DNA of 64,000 nucleotides from the sequence record OQ031493.1. The stretch is one strand, 5' to 3'. Shown in pieces: positions 57,021 to 64,000 of this stretch. Made by a program: the position numbers and the translations under genes. Position 1 is the stretch's first letter; each line of letters starts with the position of its first letter. The notes below the pieces were generated by a model. That model saw only the letters and a program-made list of their open reading frames with translations. It was not told the DNA's origin and did not search any database.

Positions 57021-57036
57021 TGATATAGATCTTAAA
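57021..57036 (-). promoter_or_regulatory. Early promoter variant upstream of nvRNAP beta gene
   Basis: Minus strand TTTAAGATCTATATCA, same AGATC spacer as 400-416. Confidence 0.55.
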
Positions 57037-57057
57037 TAAAATTTATTGGAATTTGTT

Positions 57058-57420
57058 ATGGCATTCACACTGTTAGCTAATCAGCCAGATTCAGGTGAAT
57101 CTGTTTATTATGAACCAGGGTTCAGATTAATTATTGAGACTCATTTGAATATCTTACGTAATGTCAGATCCACACGTATTCAAATTCCACCTGAACTGTA
57201 TTACCAGTTCGAAGGAAACTTTTATGGATACATGGCAGAACGCCGTGTCAATCCTGATATGTGGTGGATTCAAATGCGTGTTAATGGTTTAGTTAGCCCT
57301 TATGATTTTGGTAAAGTTCTAAGGGATCCTTCAGCTAATGATTACACCAGCTATTTAATCATACCGAATAACGACATGATTCAACACCTCGTTAGCCTAT
57401 ATCAAACTAAAAAGTTTTAA
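57058..57420 (+). CDS. T4 gp53-like LysM-type baseplate wedge protein
   Basis: NFYGYMAE..NPDMWWIQMRVNGLVSPYDF resembles the gp53/gpX pattern YG..lwW.i...N.i..P. Confidence 0.55.
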   Translation: MAFTLLANQPDSGESVYYEPGFRLIIETHLNILRNVRSTRIQIPPELYYQFEGNFYGYMAERRVNPDMWWIQMRVNGLVSPYDFGKVLRDPSANDYTSYLIIPNNDMIQHLVSLYQTKKF

Positions 57421-57426
57421 AGCAAG

Positions 57427-57450
57427 CCAGGGGACCCTTAGGCCCCCTGG
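57427..57450. terminator. Bidirectional hairpin terminator
   Basis: CCAGGGG..CTTA..CCCCTGG then TTTATG, between convergent genes. Confidence 0.75.
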
Positions 57451-57461
57451 TTTATGCCGTG

Positions 57462-58853
57462 TTACAGTAGACGCCCCATCATTTGGTTTCCACCTAGATT
57501 CATCATCGCGGTGTTACCATTACCAGCTAGAGCGGGGTTTAGTGCTTGTGCAAATCCACCACCCATCGGCATTTGATTGCCCATGAGTTGCATCATTTGC
57601 GGATGCATATTAGCCATCATTGGTTGCTGTGGCTGCATCATCCCAGGCATTGCAAAGTTATTGTTCATCATAACAGGTTGTTGCATCATTCCGGGTTGAG
57701 CAAATTGGTTTTTCTGCCCAGCGTTTAGAAGATCTTGGATAGATGCTTTATTGCTAGTTTGAACTTGTTGTGCGGGACGTTGAGGTGCCTGAGTCATTGC
57801 TACAGCTTGACTCATAGATGGATTAACATTCACAGTTGTGCCTACTGGTACACGTGTAGAAGTAGTTTGTTCTTTAGCAGTATTACCCACTTTAACTACA
57901 CTATCCTTTTTCTGGACAGGAATTTGGGCAACTGGGTTTACAGTTTCAGAAGCTTCTTCTTCTACTTCATTGCTGACTCCTTCATTACCATCAAGAGAGG
58001 GGATCTCACGTTGCATCTTTGCAAAATCAGCAATCACCTTCTCATCAACTTTTGAATAAGGTTGAATAGCATCATCGAAGATCAGGCGATACTTATCAAT
58101 AACACTATTTAGTTGAGTAGTGATTTTGTTAAATGCCTGGATAAGACATACAAAATAAGGTGCTACCCGCTCAACTGTTCCTGCTGAATATTCAGTTGGT
58201 GAATCACCAAATGGTACAACTAGTTTAAATAGTTCGATTAGAACTGGCCGCTGTTTCTTAGGTACATTTACTCCAAGGATATCATCTTTAGAATAAAGAT
58301 CCTCTACGATAGGGAACCGAATAACGCAGATACGGTTAACTGTCTTCCCATCAAATTTACCATTTGCTTTTAGATACACGCTTACAAAACGTGAACGTTT
58401 TTCAGCAGCTTTGACAACCTTATTAAACCACTCAATGGTATCTGGCTTAGCACCGGATAGTTTCTTTAGGAAGTCTGAACATTCTGGTGGAATGTCTTTA
58501 TGCAGAGTGGAGTCGGCAGCTACTTCTAAAATACGTGAAGTAAGATACTTCACAGTAAACATTAGATTAGCCTTAACTTGACGCTGCATATGCTGTAGTA
58601 CTTGAGAAGTACCTAGCCGAGAGATCTTTTCAGATAGCGGGTGGAAGGCGATGTAATCATCGCCTAGCCCTTTACGAAGCCAATCTTTAGTAGGTACCAC
58701 TAGTCGCTTACCATCTACCTTTGCAGGTGCAGGTCGACCAAGTGGATCGAGAATACTGATCATATCCTCTTCACCTACTTTGTATCGGAAAGCAGGTAAT
58801 ACTTGATCACTATAGAACTTGGAAAGAGAAATCGTAGGCATTGTTATCACCAA
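57462..58853 (-). CDS. Conserved nucleus-cluster protein with Q/M/G/N-rich tail (gp70 position)
   Basis: 463 aa; C-terminal low-complexity QPGMMQQPVMMNNNFAMPGMMQ... Confidence 0.75.
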   Translation of the reverse strand: MVITMPTISLSKFYSDQVLPAFRYKVGEEDMISILDPLGRPAPAKVDGKRLVVPTKDWLRKGLGDDYIAFHPLSEKISRLGTSQVLQHMQRQVKANLMFTVKYLTSRILEVAADSTLHKDIPPECSDFLKKLSGAKPDTIEWFNKVVKAAEKRSRFVSVYLKANGKFDGKTVNRICVIRFPIVEDLYSKDDILGVNVPKKQRPVLIELFKLVVPFGDSPTEYSAGTVERVAPYFVCLIQAFNKITTQLNSVIDKYRLIFDDAIQPYSKVDEKVIADFAKMQREIPSLDGNEGVSNEVEEEASETVNPVAQIPVQKKDSVVKVGNTAKEQTTSTRVPVGTTVNVNPSMSQAVAMTQAPQRPAQQVQTSNKASIQDLLNAGQKNQFAQPGMMQQPVMMNNNFAMPGMMQPQQPMMANMHPQMMQLMGNQMPMGGGFAQALNPALAGNGNTAMMNLGGNQMMGRLL

Positions 58854-60483
58854 ATTTAGGATTGATTTGAGCAGGTTGAGCTACAGGATGTTGATACGGT
58901 TGCATGTTAACCGGCTGACCACTACTGTTTAGAATGTTTTGTTGAGTCTTAGTTGGGATAACATTCTTAACAAGATAGGTAAGGTCATTAGAGATCATAG
59001 CCGGTGCAGATGCATCCCGAGTAATGACTGGACTAAACAGACTATCAATGAAGGTCGGTGCGATGAATCGTTCTACCGATTCATGATTTAGACTGATATC
59101 AATAACAGTATCACCAGCTAAGTCAGAGTGCATGGAAATTTTAAACGGAATCTGGTTACCATAAGAGATACTGTTAATCGCATCGGTAATAAGACGACGT
59201 TCAAAGTCATTAATCTGTGGAGTCATATCAATTCCATCCATGATACTCCTGGTACCATTTGGATGCATTTCGAATAGATAGTTATTCGCTCCATGTCCAT
59301 TTGTAATTGCAAAGGAGGTTACCCGGAAATAGTTATCCATCATGATTGCTGGAACTACTTGTGCAAGTAGAGATGCTGCAACAGTGTGATGATCTGCACC
59401 ACCCCAATGCATGGAATGCTCTGCTCGGTTAACGAAGCGTTGAGAATTACCATTATCCATACCAGCTTTAACTACACCATCAACCAGTAGTTCAGGGAAT
59501 ACTCGTTGTAGGTCAGCCAGTGTAACAAAGCCACGTTCCATGTAATTGCAGCGTTCTTTTAGAATGCGCATGAACATATTGGAATGGATATCTTGATTTC
59601 GAAGTACAGCAGATGCATCGCCTAGCATCACTTCATCAGAGACACCTCCAAAGATATTATCGTTATCATTATTAGCCATCTCAGCTTCTTTAACAGAATG
59701 CTGCCATGCATTAAGAGTACTAGATAGATAACGAGTAGGAGAAGTATCACGGCGATTTGAATATTGGAAAGTGCCTGCTTCACCAACACTGGAGCGTTGG
59801 TCAATGATCCGGTCAAATACGCCTTGATGTAGTCCAGTTGATTCAATGCGTTTAGCTACTTGCATCGTTTGCTGAATTTGGAAAACATCTTCTGGTCGTT
59901 GGAGATATGATGAAGTTCCAGTATACATGCTAAACCCGTTCTGAGGGATAGTAATATCACTCATGATATCGACGGGTGCAAGGATCTGGTTAGAACCTAG
60001 GATATGTGCTTGTTTGACTACACCGAACTCAGTTGGTCGTTGGCGCTCTACAATAACAGTTTCACTATTAAAATAGATACGCATGTTAGGATCTAGACTA
60101 TTGCTAAGCGGACTAATAGAGCAATGGTCAGAGCAACCAAATAGAATCCGGCAAGTACGGGTATTACCAAAGAAACGGTTATTCTCCCATACTTTCATCA
60201 TGAACCTAAACCGGCGCTCACCCCAACCATTGACGATAGGGACTTCACCTTGAGTTTGAGCACGTGGTGCAATCACATCAGCTGCAATTTGCTGCACAGC
60301 TGCAACACCTAGATTACGACCATCATTAGTTGCTTCTTTTAAACGTTCAATAGAGTTCTCAGTGACCTCTACCGTAAATGGTCGAACATGCTCAGGTTGA
60401 TAAGTACCAGTCTGTACTAGAATGAATGATTCAATCTGTACTTCAGTATTACCACCCATTGCTGAATTATTAAAACCTAACAT
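58810..60483 (-). CDS. picA: Phage nucleus import factor PicA/Imp1 (gp69 ortholog)
   Basis: 557 aa gene directly downstream of the gp68-like gene in the conserved nucleus block; assignment rests on synteny and size. Confidence 0.75.
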   Translation of the reverse strand: MLGFNNSAMGGNTEVQIESFILVQTGTYQPEHVRPFTVEVTENSIERLKEATNDGRNLGVAAVQQIAADVIAPRAQTQGEVPIVNGWGERRFRFMMKVWENNRFFGNTRTCRILFGCSDHCSISPLSNSLDPNMRIYFNSETVIVERQRPTEFGVVKQAHILGSNQILAPVDIMSDITIPQNGFSMYTGTSSYLQRPEDVFQIQQTMQVAKRIESTGLHQGVFDRIIDQRSSVGEAGTFQYSNRRDTSPTRYLSSTLNAWQHSVKEAEMANNDNDNIFGGVSDEVMLGDASAVLRNQDIHSNMFMRILKERCNYMERGFVTLADLQRVFPELLVDGVVKAGMDNGNSQRFVNRAEHSMHWGGADHHTVAASLLAQVVPAIMMDNYFRVTSFAITNGHGANNYLFEMHPNGTRSIMDGIDMTPQINDFERRLITDAINSISYGNQIPFKISMHSDLAGDTVIDISLNHESVERFIAPTFIDSLFSPVITRDASAPAMISNDLTYLVKNVIPTKTQQNILNSSGQPVNMQPYQHPVAQPAQINPKFGDNNAYDFSFQVL

Positions 60484-60499
60484 AGAACTACCTCAATTA

Positions 60500-62065
60500 T
60501 TACTGATTAAGTTTACCCAGATGAATTACCAGTTCGGTGATCACCGACTTAATTGTGGCCGGTACAACAAGGACTTTATTCTGAGTTACCTGTTCTGCTT
60601 CTTTGAATAAACGATCGGGTCCATGATAGATCCAGTTACTAGATCTAATGGATGCATGTGCAGATTGCACAGCAATGCCCGCAATATTTACAGGTGCTAC
60701 TGGAACACCGTTAATAGCTCGTTGTTGTCGCTGATGTGGATAAAGTTCATCCATCACATCCTTATATTTAATTTGAATACGTGTACTATTACGTGGTTGA
60801 ATGGACATTGCATGATCACCACTATAATACAATTCTACTTGCATAAATACAGCAACTTGTTGGAAACCCCAATGCCACATTAGTGACTGAGCTGCTGCCA
60901 ACAAATGGTTAACTGCATTCTTATTAATGTGGCTGAATGCTCTTGCAGGAAAAGCTTTGTGCATTACCCATTGCGCAAGTAATATCTGGTGTGGATAGAT
61001 ATCTTTAGTAGCTGTAACTGCAACGCAATCTAGACATTCCTGAATTAACTCTAGTGGGACAGTGTCATCGATTTTGTGAACAAGTTTAACTACATCAAGA
61101 GCATCTAAGTTATAAGCTACGATATCACCAGGAGTAACTCGCTGTTTAGTTTTATGCGATTCGATAAATGATGTTTTATCATCATCATCAATACCACCTT
61201 TATCTGGCCGTTTATCATTAACCCGGTCAGCAGTTGATCGTTCCGCAGGGTTTAGATTTGACTTAACATATCTAAACATATTTGAAACGATGGAATGTGA
61301 GGTGACATCGTTTAATGGTAGGATGGTTAATCGCCTAACCATAACTTTAGCCTGTAAGATATCCGGCACTTCAGCTGAACTCATACCCCTATAAAGGTTG
61401 GCTAAGGTGGGTGCTTCATCTTCTACACAAAACTTAACATATGCACTTAGCTTATCATAAGCTGTTTCTACTGGAGTTCCATCGATTGATATTTCATCAA
61501 CAGGCCAATGGTTAACCTCACAATCCGAGATGAGACTAATTACTTCACACTCTTTATGCATTTCCTGAGAAGTGCCCTGATCAATAAACTCGCCCCAAAT
61601 AGGTACTAAAGGACGAAGAGCTAGTGATACAGATGCAAGGTTAATATAGTCATGTTTCAGATATGTTTGATCTGGTCGATTATATCGTGAATCATCAGTG
61701 ATAACTTCTTCAATATCTACTGGAATATAAAGTTTACCAATAGTTAGTAGCCATCGCCGAAAACTGTTCATCGGCATGGCTTTATACATCTCTTTGATGT
61801 AATAGGATAGACTCATTGCAATCCTCATCGGATCCATAGCCATATCCATGATCTTACGAATTTCTACATAACAATTCCAGATATGTTGTTGTGTCTCAGC
61901 ACTTAGGCCACTCCAATAATCATTGATTTCTTGGAATACGCGTTGTTGATCTTGTACACGGATTTTACTATAAGCCGTAGTTGTCCAAGTTAAACGTTTA
62001 CCATTGTGTTCTGTAGCCACTTCAGTAAAACCAGTACCTTGAACTCCTGTAACGATGATTTGCAT
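60500..62065 (-). CDS. nvRNAP promoter-specificity (sigma-like) subunit (gp68 ortholog)
   Basis: Start moved to MQIIVTG (GAGG RBS) gives 521 aa; position in the nvRNAP cluster. Confidence 0.85.
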   Translation of the reverse strand: MQIIVTGVQGTGFTEVATEHNGKRLTWTTTAYSKIRVQDQQRVFQEINDYWSGLSAETQQHIWNCYVEIRKIMDMAMDPMRIAMSLSYYIKEMYKAMPMNSFRRWLLTIGKLYIPVDIEEVITDDSRYNRPDQTYLKHDYINLASVSLALRPLVPIWGEFIDQGTSQEMHKECEVISLISDCEVNHWPVDEISIDGTPVETAYDKLSAYVKFCVEDEAPTLANLYRGMSSAEVPDILQAKVMVRRLTILPLNDVTSHSIVSNMFRYVKSNLNPAERSTADRVNDKRPDKGGIDDDDKTSFIESHKTKQRVTPGDIVAYNLDALDVVKLVHKIDDTVPLELIQECLDCVAVTATKDIYPHQILLAQWVMHKAFPARAFSHINKNAVNHLLAAAQSLMWHWGFQQVAVFMQVELYYSGDHAMSIQPRNSTRIQIKYKDVMDELYPHQRQQRAINGVPVAPVNIAGIAVQSAHASIRSSNWIYHGPDRLFKEAEQVTQNKVLVVPATIKSVITELVIHLGKLNQ

Positions 62066-62098
62066 TTTAACCTCTTTTACCAATGTAGATACATGTTA

Positions 62099-62115
62099 GT
62101 AATATAGATCTCAAA
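62099..62115 (-). promoter_or_regulatory. phiKZ-type early promoter
   Basis: Minus strand TTTGAGATCTATATTAC. Confidence 0.75.
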
Positions 62116-62190
62116 TTTTTTTTAGTATAACGGTATTTAGTGCTGAGGGCATATCGGTGCCTACTTCGAGAGTAAGCACCGAAATATGTT

Positions 62191-62931
62191 TTAGAAGGAA
62201 GGCATATCCTCATCAAAAGCTGAGTCATTATAACTATTATTAGCCGGCTTAGCATAACTATTATTGCCACCGTTGTTATAGTTATTGCGCTGACCACCGT
62301 TATTGTAACCACCGCTATTACCATTACCCTGATTGAAATTAGCAGGGTTAGATACACCTTTAGCATCTGGATCGAATTCAGTTACTAGAAGATGCATTAC
62401 TAGTTTATATGCGGGGTCTAGGAAACCGTATGCATAAGCATCAGACATTTCCTTAGGTGATAGCTGACTACCATCTGCTTTGCGGATATCATGGAATTGG
62501 GACGGGCCAAAGAAGAATTTGATCTTTGGACGATCAGGTTGAGTGCTCAGCACTGCGATGTAAATTCGACCATCTTGTGCACGGCCAACATGTAGCTTAG
62601 AAAGCTCAATAAAATTATCACGCTTTTTACCAGCTACGAAGTTATTGCGGTAAACAAAGACGCGTTCAGTATCTTCAGTTTTACCTTCAATTAAGTCCAT
62701 TGCAAACTTAATGAAACATGCAAAGGTTGCTAGGTCAGTATTGAACTCAATTTTACCATGGTCTTTATCACCAGGTACATTAGTACGAACAGTAACCCGT
62801 GGTTGGTTTTTAAACAGACCAAATCGTAGCGTCGGTCGTTTTTGAGAACCCTCACATGGTTTGGCATGTAGCCAAGTATTCATTACGTTAAAAGGGTTAA
62901 CTACGGGTGCATTAGGCTGCTGTTGTGACAT
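62191..62931 (-). CDS. chmC: ChmC/Imp6-like nucleus-associated nucleic-acid-binding protein (gp67 ortholog)
   Basis: 246 aa; folded N-terminal domain, G/N-rich disordered tail, SSB-like acidic end FDEDMPSF; directly upstream of gp68-like gene. Confidence 0.65.
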   Translation of the reverse strand: MSQQQPNAPVVNPFNVMNTWLHAKPCEGSQKRPTLRFGLFKNQPRVTVRTNVPGDKDHGKIEFNTDLATFACFIKFAMDLIEGKTEDTERVFVYRNNFVAGKKRDNFIELSKLHVGRAQDGRIYIAVLSTQPDRPKIKFFFGPSQFHDIRKADGSQLSPKEMSDAYAYGFLDPAYKLVMHLLVTEFDPDAKGVSNPANFNQGNGNSGGYNNGGQRNNYNNGGNNSYAKPANNSYNDSAFDEDMPSF

Positions 62932-63017
62932 GATGTGATAACTCCAAATTAAAACTAGATTCTTTTAACTAGATGGGAAATGATTTCTACGTAATATTAT
63001 CGCAACAAGTATTTCTT

Positions 63018-63848
63018 CTATTTGAATTTCTTGTATGCTTCTTTTAACTCTTTAGAACCATAAGCAGTAATGTCATGATGAACTTTATCTGGTGTTGTTA
63101 ATCCTGTCCATTTTCTAGATTGTGCCAATTGTTTTAATTGCGCACGAATAGCTTTGTCTTGTGGTTCAAGTAATTGTTTATCGCCAAATATCTGTATAGC
63201 AAATGATGTAAAAGGAAATGGAGTATCTTCTTTTAAACCATTTAGTTTAGTATACCACATGTTGTATGTCTTTATTTTACCCGTATGGGATTCCAATAAA
63301 AGAAGTCTATTAAAATGGGGTTTCCATAATAGTTCATGTGGGAAATGGGTTAATAGTAAAACAGTACCTTCAACCTTTGGAGGTTTATTAGATATTTCCA
63401 TTGTAGTTAAATCTGTATCTTTTAACTTCTGGTATAGTTCAATTGATACAAATCGTTCATAAACATCATAAGCTAATTGTTGCGGTGTTCGTGATACTTT
63501 AAATGTAGCTTTAGGGAATAACCACTTCACTGCATCTCGACCAGTAATGTAATATTTTACAGTTGCTTTTATCCCCGATTGCCGTAAAGCAACCGGGATT
63601 GTTTGTGCTTCTTGAAATAAAACATCGACTGCTGCAACCAAGTTAATATTAGTTTGTTGTTCAGACTTCATAGCCTGCCACATATTTCTTGCAAGAGTAC
63701 GGACATTAATCCATATTTCTTTAATAGACTTAACATCAGTTGGTTGTCTAGGCTTTTGTGGATGTGTTCCTATAAGCCCTTCGAGAGCAAAAGAAGTTCC
63801 AATGCTAATCGGAATATTAGCACCTACATCTCTCTCGATAATATCCAT
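63018..63848 (-). CDS. Conserved protein with degenerate 5-prime nuclease (FEN/PIN) features (gp66 position)
   Basis: EIWINVRTLARN, LLLTHFPHEL and IFGDK align by eye with FEN motifs. Confidence 0.45.
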   Translation of the reverse strand: MDIIERDVGANIPISIGTSFALEGLIGTHPQKPRQPTDVKSIKEIWINVRTLARNMWQAMKSEQQTNINLVAAVDVLFQEAQTIPVALRQSGIKATVKYYITGRDAVKWLFPKATFKVSRTPQQLAYDVYERFVSIELYQKLKDTDLTTMEISNKPPKVEGTVLLLTHFPHELLWKPHFNRLLLLESHTGKIKTYNMWYTKLNGLKEDTPFPFTSFAIQIFGDKQLLEPQDKAIRAQLKQLAQSRKWTGLTTPDKVHHDITAYGSKELKEAYKKFK

Positions 63849-63860
63849 TATTATTGCCTT

Positions 63861-64000
63861 TTATTTGAACTCTGTCAATAATCCCAATACCCGCTGGATC
63901 TGAGCAGCGTCCGCTGTAAATTTTTCAATATCTGGAATAATTAAATCAGAAATACTTTCTGGAGTTATATCCAAAAATTCTGATAAATCAAAATTCTTTA
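63861..64000 (-). CDS. 3-prime end of upstream gene, partial (gp65 position, recalled as SbcD-like)
   Basis: Open frame ...KNFDLSEFLDITPESISDLIIPDIEKFTADAAQIQRVLGLLTEFK* to TAA at 63861; function from synteny only. Confidence 0.55.
   Translation of the reverse strand, partial: KNFDLSEFLDITPESISDLIIPDIEKFTADAAQIQRVLGLLTEFK

Overview
A 64 kb segment of a phiKZ-like (Phikzvirus, nucleus-forming) Pseudomonas jumbo phage genome, in reverse orientation relative to phiKZ numbering (about gp121 at left to gp65 at right). The gpNN labels come from recalled size, sequence and synteny, not from a database search. Left to right: major capsid protein; DnaB-like helicase; a hairpin-dense 600 bp non-coding island; an accessory block of about 25 small genes (orphan HTH antitoxin-like gene, two paralog pairs, membrane-anchored proteins, DarG-like macrodomain); the head, inner-body, neck and baseplate block; the exonuclease-containing half of the split family-B DNA polymerase; a virion RNAP beta-prime subunit; an SF2 helicase; and the non-virion RNAP/phage-nucleus cluster (gp74, spliced gp71-73, PicA/Imp1, gp68, ChmC-like). 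Main observations beyond the ORF track: (1) a hidden 122-codon NADAR-like frame with no canonical start, reachable by a -1 frameshift at a C CCA AAG heptamer in the last codons of the polymerase gene; (2) a U UUU UUU -1 frameshift with a downstream stem that would extend the baseplate/tail chaperone gene, resembling lambda G/GT; (3) a 307-nt group I intron with no homing endonuclease splitting the nvRNAP beta gene; (4) a recurring CATAA-hairpin-TTATG intergenic module; (5) macrodomain, NADAR-like and HTH orphan antitoxin-like genes in one window. No tRNA, rRNA or CRISPR array was seen.
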